From Malacoraja senta (lineage: Eukaryota): a DNA stretch of 64,000 nucleotides. The position numbers and the translations under genes are program-made. The stretch lies in contig CM075988.1 in NCBI GenBank assembly GCA_038087875.1, positions 1,922,001-1,986,000 of the forward strand, read 5' to 3'. The notes under the pieces are model-generated. The model was not told the origin of the DNA and did no database searches. It saw only the letters and a list, made by a program, of their open reading frames with translations. Positions within the stretch are counted from its first letter, which is position 1; the number at the start of each line of letters is the position of its first letter. Below, one piece after another: positions 50,521 to 64,000 of this stretch.

Positions 50521-51262
50521 AAGGCCTGGTGCTGAAAGGACAAGAGATCAACTTGTGGAAGTAGATTACCACCTTCAGTAAGACAGTTAAGTTACTAGAC
50601 TAGTCACCTGGAAACATAGATCAATACACTGCAGGAACAGGCCCTTCGGCCCACAACTGTTGTGCCAACCACAATGCCAATACAAACTGTACATCTGCCT
50701 GCACCTGGTCCATGACCCTTCAAACCTCAATTCATAACCTCAAGTCTGAGTTCAAATCCCACCCAGGCCACTGTCGAATTCAGATTCAGCCAATGATCTG
50801 AAATATCATAACATAATCTTTGCAATGATGATGATGAAATGACTGGATTGCCATAAAAAGCCATCTTGTTTATGAATGCTCTTTGGTGGAGAGGAAATTT
50901 GTCACCTTAGCCTGACCTATATATGTAGGTATGTTACAAAACTTACCTTCAGCGGCGCTGCAGTTCTGTCACTGCCCGTGTGCGCGACTTTGGCGCCTTT
51001 GAGAGGGGGGGGGGGTTTAAAATGCGATATCTCGGCAGCCTATTCAAATCAATGTCTGTCAGGTAAATTAGCTGCTAAAGAAAAATCGCTTCGACTGCTG
51101 TTTTATTAAGTTTATTAAAATTAGCGCTTTATAATTTAATTGTTGGAGTAAAATTAAAATCATCTTCAAATGCCGTCAACGCCGACAACGGGACGGATTT
51201 CACGCACGGGATGGCAAGGTACGCCGTTTATTTTTTCATATAAAGTTGCTTCTTAGGATGCC

Positions 51263-51462
51263 NNNNNNNNNNNNNNNNNNNNNNNNNNNNNNNNNNNNNN
51301 NNNNNNNNNNNNNNNNNNNNNNNNNNNNNNNNNNNNNNNNNNNNNNNNNNNNNNNNNNNNNNNNNNNNNNNNNNNNNNNNNNNNNNNNNNNNNNNNNNNN
51401 NNNNNNNNNNNNNNNNNNNNNNNNNNNNNNNNNNNNNNNNNNNNNNNNNNNNNNNNNNNNNN
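51263..51462. other. Assembly gap (200 N)
   Basis: Run of N. Confidence 1.
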
Positions 51463-52823
51463 TTTACATATTCTGTTGTGCTGCTGCAAGTAAGGATTTC
51501 ATTGTTCTAACTAGGACGTGAGAGAATAAAACACCCTTGACTCTTCCCTTGACTCTTGACTTACTCCGCTAATGTGTGGGATAGAACTAGTGTACGGGTG
51601 ATCGGTTGTCGGCCTGTTTCCACGCTGCATCGTTAAATTAAACTAAAAACACTAAAACCAGAGGGAGTCTAAAGAAGGGTCTCTACCCGAAACCTCACCC
51701 AATTTCTTCTATCCTGAGTTGCTGGCTGCTCCACGGAGTTCCCCCGCACAATTAAAGCATGGAATAGTCTTCACCCTTCCATAGTTACCCAACCAGATGC
51801 AACTAAATTTAAGGTACCTCTTTTTTCCCCAAGAACCCCTTTTTGCTTAGGTCCAAGTCATGAGTCAAGAGAGTTTTATTGTCATGTGTCCCAGATAGGA
51901 CAATGAAATTCTTGCTTGCTGCAGCACAACAGAATATGTAAACATAATACAGAACAGGAGATAAAAGTTCAGTGTGTTTATATACCATAGACCATATATA
52001 TACACATAAATAAACAGATAACACTCAATAGGCTGTTATTGTTCAGCTCTCCACCACCTCCAGTTTAAATTCCATTAAGAATATTTATGGAGGACCAGGA
52101 AACCAGAAGCAAGAGTTACTCCAGGGAGTTACTCCAGATCCGGAGTGATTCTGCATTGATTTTCAGCAGTCGCTGCGAGGCGGCGACCGGACAGCAATGG
52201 TGGCCAGATCTCCCACAATTCAAAGCAAGGGAGAAAGTGCCCAGCGCCGACAGGTTGCGCATGGGCAGGGGGAGGATGTGCTGGCTGTAGCAGTGCGCAT
52301 GTGCAAGGAGGCTGGCCGTGCCGGCGGATGAGGAGCAAGCAGAGAGCGCAGAGCGGAGAGCGGAGACCTGGCGGCCTGGACACGGATACGGATGGCGGGC
52401 GGAGGCGGAGAGCTGACAGAGAGAGAGAGATAGAGAGGGGGGTGCTCTGAAGCCTAAGTAAGTAAGTAAGTAAGTTAGTTTATTGGCCAAGTATTCACAT
52501 ATAAGGAATTTGCCTTGGTGCTCTGCCCACAAGTAACAACATGACATACAGTGACAGCTACGAATGAGTCAGAAAACACTAAACATTAATAATAATAAAA
52601 CATTTATGATAAAACACCATTGATTAAGTATGTGAACCAACAAAATACCAGATCAAAGGGAGGCTACAGGATTTGGCTGTTGAGTAGAGCAACTACTCGT
52701 GGATAAAAACTGTTTTTATGTCTGGCTGTGTTTGACAGTCCGGAGTCGCCTTCCAGAGGGAAGTGATTCAAAGTGTTTGTGGCCAGGGTGAGAGTGGTCA
52801 GAGATGATCTTGCCCGCTCGCTT

Positions 52824-55800
52824 CAAGTCAAGTCAAGTCAAGTTTATTCGTCACATACACATACGAGATGTGCAGTGAAATGAAAAGTGGCAATGCTCGC
52901 GGACTTTGTGCAAAAAACAAACCAACAAACAACAAACTACAAACAGAATGGAACAGAATCACATATTCTTTTACATTTTACATATTGTGGGAGGAATGGA
53001 AAATGGAAAAAAAACAGCAATTTAAAAAAAACAGTAGAATGGTCCAGTAAAGTGAGTCCCTGGTGAGGTAGGAGTTTACAGTCCTAATGGCCTCTGGGAA
53101 GAAACTCCTTCTGGCCCTTGCAGTGTACAGTTCATCAATGGAGGAAGGTTGCAGCCAATAATATTCTCTGCTGATCGGACGATTCGCTGCAGCCACCAGG
53201 TGTCGTGCTTGGTGGTTGAGCCAAACCAGACCATGATGGAGAAGGTGAGAATAGACTCTACGATGGCCGTGTAGAATTGGACCATCATTACCTGTGGCAG
53301 ATTGTGCTTCCTCAGCTGCCATAGGAAGTACATCCTGGGAGCTGGGAGTACATTACTGGGAGCCATCTTGTGGGAACGGCTGCTAACCAGCAGCTGTCCG
53401 TTAAATTCACTTTTTTTCTTCGTTTTCAGTGAACTTTGTCTATGTTTGTTGGGGAATTTGACTTTTCATGTGGGGGGGTAAGGGGGAAACTATATTCTAG
53501 GTCCCTACCTGGTTGGTGAGGCAGGTTTTTCTCCGGGCTGCCCCGTCGACCCGCAGTCCCGCAGCCCGGAGGTGTTGAACTCGGCGGTCACAGCTCACCG
53601 GAGCTCCAGCACGTCGATCCAGCGCGGCGAACCAGGCAAGGCACCTTTTTCTCCGGGCTGGCCCCGTCGACCCGTCCTTGCGGCCTACCAGCGGGCCTGG
53701 AGCGGCGTTTCCTGGTGGGGACCGCCCAGCACCTTCAGCTTCGGTGGCGGCACAGCGCTGGAGCGCTATCGCGGAGCGGAGCGGGCGATGCCTTGCCTGG
53801 GTCGCCGCGCTGGATCGACGCGCTAGAGCTCCGGTGAGCTGTGACCGCCGAGTTCAACACCTCCGGGCTGCGGGACTGCGGAGCGGCCAGCCGCGGGCGG
53901 CGACGCCGATTCTAACATCGGGAGCTTCGGAGCTCCAAATCGGCACGGCCTTGTCGGCTTCAGAAGCCACGGACTCCGGTAGGGAATTGGCCGTTCCAGC
54001 TGTCCCAGCCACTGTGAGGACTCTCCCGACGCCGGTGCAACTGCACCCGGCGAGAATGGCCAGGAACATTGGGCCTCCGTAGAGGCAACTGTGGAGGCCT
54101 CAATAGGGCCTGACTTTGGGAGAACTGGGGTTGGGGACTGGACATTGTGCCTTCCCCCACAGTAGTAATCATTGTGGGGGGATGATTTTTGTGTGTAAAT
54201 GATTATTTTATTCTGTGTCCAAGATGGCTGCCAGAAGGGAGAGTGGACACTGGTGCGCTTTAGCAGCCGCTGCTCTCTCTTTCATATTGTGATTTTGATT
54301 TTTGTTTTCGGATTGAATTCTGTCTTTAATTTGTGTACTGGTGATGTCTTTACTATTTATTTCATTCCGCTTACATGTTTTTACACTATTTGTTAAATTT
54401 TGTAAGGTGTCCTTGAGACTCTTGAAAGGCGCCCATAAATAAAATGTATTATTATTATTATTATTATCCTCTGTTGTGCCTTTTTGACTGTGGAGTCGAT
54501 GGTAGCCCCCCCCCACTTAAGGTCCTTGGAGATGATGGTTCCCAGGAACTTAAAAGACTTCACAGATGTGACTGTGGTGTTGTTGATGGTGAGTGGGGTG
54601 AGGGGAGGGGGAGCTCTCCTAAAGTCTACAACCAATTCCACTGTCTTAAGAGCATTGAGCTCTAGGTTGTTGCGACGGCACCAGGACGCCAGCCGTGTCA
54701 CTTCCTGTCTGTAGGCAGATTTCTCCCCATCCTGGATCAGTCCAATCAGGGGTGTCGTCCGCAAACTTGAGAAGCTTGACAGAGGTGTCTGTGGAGGTGC
54801 AGTCATTGGTGTAGAGAGAGTAGAGGAGAGGAGAGAGTACGCAGCCTTGCGGTGCTCTATGCTGAGCGTTTGCGGGTCCAAGATGTGCTTTTCCAGCCTC
54901 ACATGCTGCTTCCTGTCTGTCAGGAAGCTGGTGATCCACCGACAGAGAGGTTCAGGCACAGTCAACTCGGAAAGTTTGGAGTGTAGTAGCTCTGGCAAAA
55001 TGGTGTTGAATGCAGAGCTAAAATCAACAAACAGGATCCTCGCATGGGTCCCTGGTGGTCTAGGTGCTGTAGGATGAAGTGCAGGCCCAGGTTGACTGCA
55101 TCATCCACAGATCTATTGGCCCGATATGCGAACTGCATAGGATCCAGCAGGGGGATCGTGATATTTTTCAGCTTGGCCAGCACAAGCCTTTCGAGTGTCT
55201 TCATGACTACAGAGGTCAGTGCGACAGCCTGTAGTCATTAAGACAAGTCCTTGCCTTTTTGGGTACAGGGACAATAGTGGAGACTTTGAAGCAGGCAGGG
55301 ACAGTACATGTTTGCAGGGACTGGTTAAAAATGTATGTATAGACCGGTGCCAGCTGTTTGGCACAGAGCTTAAGAGTAGAGGGAGAAACATTGTCAGGTC
55401 CTGGAGATTTCCGGCTCTTTTGTCCTCTGAAAAACCTCTCCATCTCCTCTATTTTTATTGTTGATATTGGATAAGTGATGTTGTGGCACACAGAGGGTGT
55501 GGGTGATTGGGTGTGGTAATTGGAGGGGGGTGGGTGAAGAAGGGCCCAGTCTTTGCAGACTGAGGTCAGGCTGTGAGTGGGTGTGAAGTGTTGGTTGGGG
55601 TGGGAAATGGTCCAGTCTTTTCATACTGGAGTCTTGCCTTAAGTAGGTGTGAAGTGGTGAATGGGAAGGAATGGGTGCAGGGTCCATTCTTTGTAGACTG
55701 GGGTCTGGCTGTGTTGGTTGGGGAGGGGGGGAGGGGGTACCAGGGTTATGTTTCTGATTTTCAAACCTGCAGTAAAACTCATTCAGGTCGTTGGTCAGCT

Positions 55801-56440
55801 GACGATTGTCCAAAGAGCGGGGGGCTTTCCTCTTGTAGCTGTTCATTTCTTGCAAACCCTTCCAAACTGAAGAAGAGTCACTAGCTGAGAAGTTGCTCCT
55901 CAACTTCTCAGAGTACCTTTCCTTGGCAGCTCTGATTCCTCTTCTCAGCTTGTACTTGGCCTGCCTGTAGAGGTCTGCATCCCCGCTCCTGTAGGCCTCC
56001 TCTTTAGACTGTCGGAGCTGTCTGAGTTCTGCAGTGAACCAGGGCTTGTTGTTGTCGAACCATGTCCGGGTCTTAGTTGGAATGCAACTGTCCTCACAAA
56101 AGCTGACATATGATGATACAGTGACCGTATACTCATCAAGGCTTGTGGTTGCTTCCCTGAACACATTCCAATCCGTGCAGTCAAAGCAGGATTGTAGGTT
56201 CTCAATGCCCTCGCTTGTCCACCTTTTCGTTATTCTCATCACAGGCTTAGCAGCTTTTAGTTTCTGCCTGTAGGTCAGAATAAGGTGAACTAGACAATGA
56301 TCAGAGAGACCCAGACCCCCCCGGGGAACAGAGCGATATGCATTCTTGATTGCCGTATAACAGTGATCGAGTGTTCTCTCCCCTCTGGTGGGGCAGGTAA
56401 CATGAAGTCTGTATTTTGGAAGGTCACGGCTGAGGATAGC
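52824..56440 (-). mobile_element. Rex1/Babar LINE (endonuclease end plus RT), interrupted
   Basis: [32 protein letters not shown]...DPMQFAYRANRSVDDA, APQGCVLSPLLYSLYTND, LKFADDT, and a (GACTT)n tail near 52824-52843. Confidence 0.9.
53337..54465 (+). mobile_element. 1.1-kb CpG-rich non-autonomous retroelement with an L2-type 3' tail
   Basis: Ends tgtaaggtgtccttgagactcttgaaaggcgcccataaataaaatg(tat)n. ATCCT is duplicated at 53332-36 and 54466-70. It splits the Rex1 ORF at AQQR/MYFL. Confidence 0.75.
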
Positions 56441-58277
56441 TCAGTGGTAGTGGTAAGCCTAATGGTAAATCCGGCTCTGCGAGGCCCCCCTAGATCTCAA
56501 GGCCCAAGCTTATACGTAAATCCGGTCCTGAGAGAGAGTAAGCGAGAGAGAGAGGGGAGGGGCGGGGAGGGGGGGAGTGAAAGTTAAAGGAAGGGCTAGA
56601 TGTGCTTGTGTTGGGGGCCTGTGACTGGCCCAGCAACGTAGTGGCCAAAATAAAGGGATGCAGAGACAGAGGAAATCATTACGGGAGGTATGTGCCGACA
56701 GACAAGAGCACATTTATTCTTTACGTAAGTTACTGTCACAGAAGTTAACATCCCCTGAGATTATGCACAGAAAGCTGAGTAAACAAGAAGAGATACTTAC
56801 ATGAGCTATTGAATTTCAACCACAGAGTGGGATTGTGTAAGGGATTACTGGGTGCTGGTAGAGTCTGCAGTGGGTCGAGTGGCAGCCAGCCTCTCCCTCC
56901 CCTGAGGTAAAACATGGGCAGGTCTGGCAAACAGCCCGCAACTTCAAACACAACCAGAACAGCCAGAGTTTGCAGCTGGGGATCCTGGTGCTGGGAGCAG
57001 TCACCGATCTGTGGACTACGGGACCCTGGTGGGGTGTGTAAACCCGAAGCCCATCCAGACACAGGTCAGGGGATGGCTGAGTCACTGGCCACCCTCGCGC
57101 GTGGAACAGCAGCAGGTCTGGAGCAAGAGGAAGCGGCCACCTCTGTTTGTGAATGGGCAGGGAGATGGGACCACAGATACCTCCAAACCCTCTCCACCGC
57201 AGACTATCCAACTCCCAGTGCCCTGTGGCCACCCACATCAGTCTTCCACCGGAAACACAAATACTGTCAAAGCACACCCCAGGACTAGACAACACTACTG
57301 CATTCTTCAGCTCTCCCTATGATATAGAAGGAGATCTTTTGTCCCACAGAGGCTATGTTGACTCACAGACCAATTCCATTCCCACCTATTGACTTCAACT
57401 CCCCCAGATCCCACCCCTCAGCAAAACATTCGGGGCAATTTACATCAGAAAATTAACCTACGCACCTTCACGTCTTTGGGATAATGGAGGGAACTGGAGT
57501 ACCCAGAGGAAACCCACATGGCCACAGCGAGAACATGCAACTCCACACAGACAGCACCCGAGGTCAGGATTGAACCCAGATCTCTGGAGCTGGATCCGTG
57601 GGTTCAATCCTGGTGTAGAGGGGTGCTGAGAAGAGAACTGCAGATGTTTTGGCAGCTGGGATGCCAGATGTAGAGGAGGGTTGGTTTTTAGCTCTAGGGA
57701 CAGATGAGGGAGACTTTGGTAACAGTGAGAGCAGGATTTACCAATGGTCCCGGTGTATTTCTGGGCCGCTGATGTTGTGTTTGGGGAAGCGAGGGGAATG
57801 GGCTGCTGCCGGCTGCATTCCCACGCGCTGACGGTGAATGCCTCCAGCGTTCATCCCCATTGGTTCCCACTGTACCGCAAAGACAGCTCGCAAGTCACCG
57901 ATGGGCCAGAGTTTGCCAAAGCGCCCTGGAGCACCCTGTTGACCCGGGCCAGAGCCCACCGGTGAGAGTGGAGGGGACCACCGCTGATGCCCACTGCCTC
58001 ATTCAGCACCACGGACAGCTAGCAGAGATCTTCACACTGCCACAGCAACCACTGAGGGCAGAGACAGCCTGAGACGGCTAGGCCTGGGTACGGCACTGTA
58101 GGGGTCTGCGATGGGGGGCTGCCCACATGGACTCTGTGGGAGTTATGAGTGGTAATTCAAGACTTGTCCCATTCCTTCTTCTCCATGCTCCCATCCAGCA
58201 GGTGGTACATAAGTTTGAAAGTGCACACTGGCAGACTCAGGAACAACTTTCTCTCCTCTGCAAATGTGCAGATGACT

Positions 58278-59206
58278 CAAAGCTGGGTGGCAGTGAACTG
58301 TGAGGAGGATGCTATGAGGATGCAGGGTGATTTGGACAGGTTGGGTGAGTGGGCAGATGTATGGCAGATGCAGTTTAATGTGGATAAATGTGAGGTTATC
58401 CACTTTGGTGGCAAAAACAGGAAGGCAGATTATTATCTAAATGATGTCAAGTTGGGAAAAGGGGAAGTACAACGGGATCTGGGGGTCCTTGTTCATCAGT
58501 CATTGAAAGTAAGCATGCAGGTAGAGCAGGCAGTAAAGAAAGCGAATGGCATGTAGCCTTCATAACAAGAGGAGTTGAGTATAAGAGCAAAGAGGTCCCC
58601 CCTGCAGTTGTATAGGGCCCTAGTGAGACCACACCTGGAGTATTGTGTGCAGTTTTGGTCTCCAAACTTGAGGAAGGACATTCTTGCTATTGAGGGAGTG
58701 CAGCGTAGGTTCACAAGGTTAATTCCCAGAATGGCGGGACTGTCATATGTTGATAGATTGAAGCGGCTGGGCTTGTATACTCTGGAATTTAGGATGAGAG
58801 GGGATCTTATTGAAACATATAGGATTATTAAGGGTTAGGACACGCTCGAGGCAGGAAACATGTTCCCAATGTTGGGGAGTTCAGAACCAGGGGCCATAGT
58901 TTAAGAATAAGTGGTAAGCTATTTAGAACAGAGATGAGGAAAAACGTTTTCACACAGAGAGTTGTGAGTGTGTGGAATTCTCTGCCTCAGAGGGTGGTAG
59001 AGGCTGGTTCTCTGGATGCTTTCAAGAGAGAGTTAGATAGAGCTCTTAGGGATAGTGCAGTTAAGGGATATGGAGAGAAGGCAGGAACGGGGTACTGATT
59101 GTGGATGATCAGCCATGATCACATTGAATGGCGGTGCTGGCTCGAAGGGCCGAATGGCCTACTCCTGCACCTATTGTCTATTGTCTATTGTCTATTGTCT
59201 ATTGTC
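58278..59206 (+). mobile_element. CR1/HER1 3' fragment
   Basis: MQGDLDRLGEWADVWQMQFNVDKC...; (TCTATTG)n tail at 59170-59206. Confidence 0.92.
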
Positions 59207-59550
59207 TTCATGCTTCTGAATGGTTCTTCGATATGCTAGGCCACTGTCTGATTCACCTCTACCCTATTGCGGACATTGGACTTTGTCTCTGTATCTGGTG
59301 GGCTACAATGCTGAGAACTATATTCGGAACTCTATATCTTCCCCTTTGCTCTACCTATTGTACTTGAGTTTGGCTTGATTTTATCTATGTATAGAAGATA
59401 GACACAAAAAGCTGGAGTAACTCAGTGGGTTTGGCAGCATCTCTGGAGAGAAAAAAAAGTAACATTTCGTGTCGAGACCCATCTTCAGACTGTTGTCTCA
59501 ACCCAAAATGTCACTTATTCCTTCCCCAGATGTTGCCTGACCTGCTGAGT

Positions 59551-62286
59551 TATAACCATATACCCATATAACCATAACAGCACGGAAACAGGCCATCTCG
59601 GCCCTTCAAGTCCGTGCCGAACATTTTTTTATTTTTTTATTTTTTTAATTAAAAATAAATACTTCCCCCTAGTCCCATCTACCTGCACTCAGACCATAAC
59701 CCTCCATTCCTTTCCCGTCCATATACCCATCCAATCCATTTTTAAAGGATAACATCAAACCTGCCTCCACCACTTCCACTGGAAGCTCATTCCACACAGC
59801 TACCACTCTCTGAGTAAAGAAGTTCCCCCTAATGTTCCCCCTAAACTTCTGTCCCTTAATTCTCAAGTCATGTTCCCTTGTTTGAATCTTCCCTACTCTC
59901 AATGGGAAAAGCTTATCCACGTCCACTCTGTCTAACCCGCTCATAATTTTAAAGACCTCTATCAAGTCCCCTCTTAACCTTCTGCGCTCCAAAGAATAAA
60001 GACCTAACTTGTTCAACCTTTCTCTGTAACTTAGTTGCTGAAACCCAGGCAACATTCTAGTAAATCTCCTCTGTACTCTCTCTATTTTGTTGACATCCTT
60101 CCTATAATTAGGCGACCAAAATTGTACTCCATACTCCAGAATTGGCCTCACCAATGCCTTGTACAATTTTAACATTACATCCCAACTTCTATATTCAATG
60201 CTCTGATTTATAAAGGCCAGCACACCAAAAGCTTTCTTTACCACCCTATCTACATGAGATTCCACCTTCAGGGAACTATGCACAGTTATTCCTAGATCCC
60301 TCTGTTCAACTGCATTCCTCAATTCGCTACCATTTACCATGTACGTCCTATTTTGATTTGTCCTGCCGAGAGGTAGCACCTCACATTTGTCAGCATTAAA
60401 CTCCATCTGCCATCTTTCAGCCCACTCTTCCAAATGGCCTAAATCTCTCTGTAGACTTTGAAAATCTACTTCATTATCCACAACACCACCAATCTTAGTA
60501 TCATCTGCATACTTACTAATCCAATTTTCCACACCATCATCCAGATCATTGATGTACATGACAAACAACAGTGGACCCAACACAGACCCCTGAGGCATCC
60601 CACTAGTCACCGGCCTCCAACCTGACAAACAGCCATCCACCATTACTCTCTGGCATCTCCCATTCAGCCACTGTTGAATCCATCTTGCTACTCCACCATT
60701 AATACCCAACAATTGAATATTCTTAACCAACCTTCCATGAGGAACCTTGTCAAAGGCCTTACTGAAGTCCATATAGACAACATCCACTGCTTTACCCTCA
60801 TCAATTTACCTAGTAACCTCTTCGAAAAATTCAAGAAGATTAGTCAAGCATGACCTTCCAGGCACAAATCCATGTTGACTGTTCCTAATCAGACCCTGCT
60901 TATCCAGATGCTTATATATATTATCTTTAAGTATCCTTTCCATTAATTTGCCCACCACTGACGTCAAACTAACAGGTCTATAATTGCTAGGTTTACTCTT
61001 CGAACCCTTTTTAAACAACGGAACAACATGCGCAGTACGCCAATCCTCCGGCACTAATCCCGTTTCTAATGACATTTGAAATATTTCTGTCATAGCCCCT
61101 GCTATTTCTACACTAACTTCCCTCAATGTCCTAGGGAATATCCTGTCAGGACCTGGAGACTTATCCGTTTTCATATTTTTCAAAAGTGTCCGCACCTCCT
61201 CTTCTTTGAATCTCACAGTTTCCATTGCTACTCTGCTTGTTTCCCTTACCTCACATAATTCCATATCCTTCTCCTTCGTGAATACCGAAGAAAAGAAATT
61301 GTTCAATATCTCCCCCATCTCTTTTGGCTCTGCAGATAACTGTCCACTCTGACTCTCCAATGGACCAATTTTATTCCTTGTTATCCTTTTGCTATTAATA
61401 TAGCTGTAGAAACCCTTTGGATTTACTTTCACCTTACTTGCCAAAGCAACCTCATATCTTCTTTTAGCTTTTCTAATTTCTTTCTTAATATTATTTTTAC
61501 ATTCTTTATACTCCTCAAGCACCTCATTTACTCCATGCTGCCTATAATTATTGTAGATCTCTCTCTTTTTCCGAACCGTGTCCAATTTCCCTTGAAAACC
61601 ATGGCTCTTTCCATTTTTTACTATTTCCTTTCAACCGAACAGGGACATAAAGATTCTGTACTCTTAAAATTTCACCCTTAAATGTCCTCCATTTTTCTTC
61701 TACATCCTTCCCATAAAACAACATGTTCCAATTCACTCCTTTTAAATCCTTTCGCATCTCCTCAAAGTTAGCCTTTCTCCAAACAAAAATCTCAACCCTA
61801 GGTCCAGTTCTGACCCTCTCCATAATTATATTGAAACTAATGGTATTGTGATCACTGGACCCGAAGTGCTCCCCGACGCATACCTCCGCCACCTGCCCTG
61901 TCTCATTTCCTAACAGGAGGTCCAGCACTGCCCCTTCTCTAGTAGGTACCTCTATGTATTGCTGCAAAAAACTATCTTGCACACATTTTACAAACTCCAA
62001 ACCATCCAGCCCTTTTACAGAATGTGTTTCCCAGTCTATGTGTGGAAAATTGAAATCTCCCACAATCACTACCTTGTGCTTACTACTAATATCTGCTATT
62101 TCCTTACATATTTGCTCTTCCAATTCTCGCTCCCCATTTGGCGGTCTATAATACACCCCTATAAGTGTTGCTACACCTTTCCCATTTCTCAGTTCCACCC
62201 AAATAGCCTCCCTAGACGAGCCCTCTAATCTATCCTGCCAAAGCACTGCTGTAATATCTTCCTTGACAAGCAATGCAACACCCCCG
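59551..62286 (-). mobile_element. CR1 LINE, 2.7 kb (APE endonuclease plus RT), inserted in a Penelope repeat
   Basis: GGVALLVK, YRPPN, VGDFN, GSSDHN, KSPGPD, YRPVSLTS, YMDFSKAFDKVPH, KYADD. Frameshifts near 61580 and 60800. Tail is (GGTTATAT)n. Confidence 0.95.
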
Positions 62287-63409
62287 TTACTCCAGCTTTT
62301 TGTGTCTATCTTTGGTTTAAACCAGCATCTGCAGTTCCTTCCAACCTCAGTAAATGTGACAATGATTGTCAGATGCACCGACATCAGAATAATTAAATTC
62401 TTACCTGCAGCAGCATTACCATGCCTGTAAACACAATACTCATAGATTATGAGAATGAGAATGAGAATGAATACGTTTATTGGCCAAATATGTACACATA
62501 CAAGGAATTTGCCTTGGTGCTCCGCTCGCAAATATCAACACGACATACAGTAACAATTAAGAATGACACATGAGACATTAAACATTAATGGACAATAGAC
62601 AATAGTGCAGGAGTAGGCCATTCGGCCTTTTGAGCCAGCACCGCTATTCACAGTGATCATGGGTGATCATCCACAATCAGTACCCCGTTCCTGCCTTCTC
62701 GCCATATCCCCCGACTCTGCTATTTTTAAGAGCTTGATCTAACTCTATCTTGAAAGCATCCAGAGAATTGGCCTCCACTGCCTTCTGAGGAAGAGAATTC
62801 CACAGATTCAAAAAGCTTTTCCACATCTCCGTTCTAAATGGCTTACCCCTTATTCTGATGCTTGTTGGGAAGAGGCTGTTCCTGAACCTGGTGGTCATGC
62901 CTCTTAGACCCCTATACCTTCCTGGTACGAGCAAAGTGAGAACATGGCCAGGGTGGTGTAGGTCTTTGTGATGATGTTGGCAGCATTGTTGAGGCAGTGC
63001 CTCTTACAGACCCCTTCAATGGTGGGGGTTAGTACCTGTGTCCACCACTGTCTGTGATGTTTGTCACCCAGTGGTCTCACTGCCCCCATCCCAGGGACAT
63101 CTCCTGACCACCCAGAGTGAGGGAGGTCCATGGAAGAAGGATCAGGGAAGCCTGACTAAGGCAGCGACTGTAGATGTTGAGACTGGTGTTTGTGAGGGAG
63201 CAGGGACAAGAGCATTGACTGTTATATAGTCCAGGCAAGTCCAAGCAAGGCCCGGATGAGAGCCCGAACATGACATCACTGTGGTCCTCACCACAACATG
63301 ACAGGTCAACTAAGATTACACGCGTGAAGTTTAACATGCAGCCAGCATGAGGGCCCGTGCCTGATGTCTGCCTGAACACTCCCTGTTTGAAAAGATGTTT
63401 TAAGAAATA

Positions 63410-64000
63410 CTAGACTAAGTGGGATTTGTTGGGTCCCTGTCACACGGGAGGCCTGGTCCCCCAACGCAACCCATTCCCCAACGCAATATTCCACCACTCA
63501 CTTGTTCCCCCAATGCAACCAGTTCCACAATGCAATATTCCACCATTCACCCATAGCCCCCAACTGCGCAGGGGCGGCTCATTTCCCCTCATCCCCCAGC
63601 ACTCCCTCCCCCTCCTCTCCACCCTCCCTCTTCATTCCCCTCACATCCTCCCCTCCCCAATCCCTCCCTCACCTCTCCCTCCCTCTCCATTCTCCTATCC
63701 TCAGTCACTCCCTCCCTCCATAACTCCTCTCCCCTCACCTCCTCCCTTCCCCAATCCCTCCCTCACTTCTCCCTCCCTCTCCTTTCTCCTATCCTCAGTC
63801 ACTCCCTCCCTCCATAACTCCTCTCCCCTCCCTACCCTCCTCCTATCCCTCTATCCCCCACCTCCTCTACTCCTCACTTCCCCCGATCCACCCCACAATC
63901 CCTCCCCACCTCCCCCACTGCCCTCCTCTCCCTCTATTCCCCACACCCTACCTCCCCCACTCCCCCTCCCTACCCCCTCCTCTCCCTCAATCCTCCCACT
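63410..64000 (-). mobile_element. Probable non-autonomous Helitron 3' end followed by a CT-rich minisatellite
   Basis: The minus strand ends GGGACCCAACAAATCCC-ACTTAGT-CTAG|T (subterminal hairpin plus CTAG). A pyrimidine unit of about 95 bp is repeated at ~63652-63830. Confidence 0.6.

Noticed and set aside
56800..58140. GC-rich unique sequence with several overlapping ORFs
   Set aside because: No recognisable domain or consistent splice structure, so a gene call cannot be supported.
61548..62531. 327-aa ORF with a hydrophobic N-terminus
   Set aside because: It is a chance fusion of a Rex1 tail microsatellite, a Penelope repeat and the CR1 endonuclease.

Overview
Repeat-dense eukaryotic DNA, most likely from a cartilaginous fish (skate or ray). 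This is inferred from the HE1-type V-SINEs, HER1/CR1 LINEs and Neptune-type Penelope termini. No host protein-coding gene can be supported. The window is a nested stack of mobile elements: many CR1 fragments, two L1 copies, Rex1/Babar LINEs, Penelope-like elements with minimal hammerhead motifs, a near-intact Passport-like Tc1 (17139-18756), a degraded but structurally complete DIRS1 (38604-43606), a shrunken class III (ERV-S/L-like) provirus with a tRNA-Ser PBS and an env remnant (27317-~30510), a 585-bp aberrant Gypsy integrant with a 35-nt tRNA-Leu copy, a permuted HERO-like R2-group retrotransposon (35490-38201), a Helitron 3' end, and one 200-N gap. The most striking observation is a 70-nt minus-strand motif in the HERO-like element (38006-38075). 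It contains every hammerhead-ribozyme core nucleotide and all three helices, wired in a non-standard pseudoknotted order through a canonical kink-turn. All calls were made by eye, without database searches.
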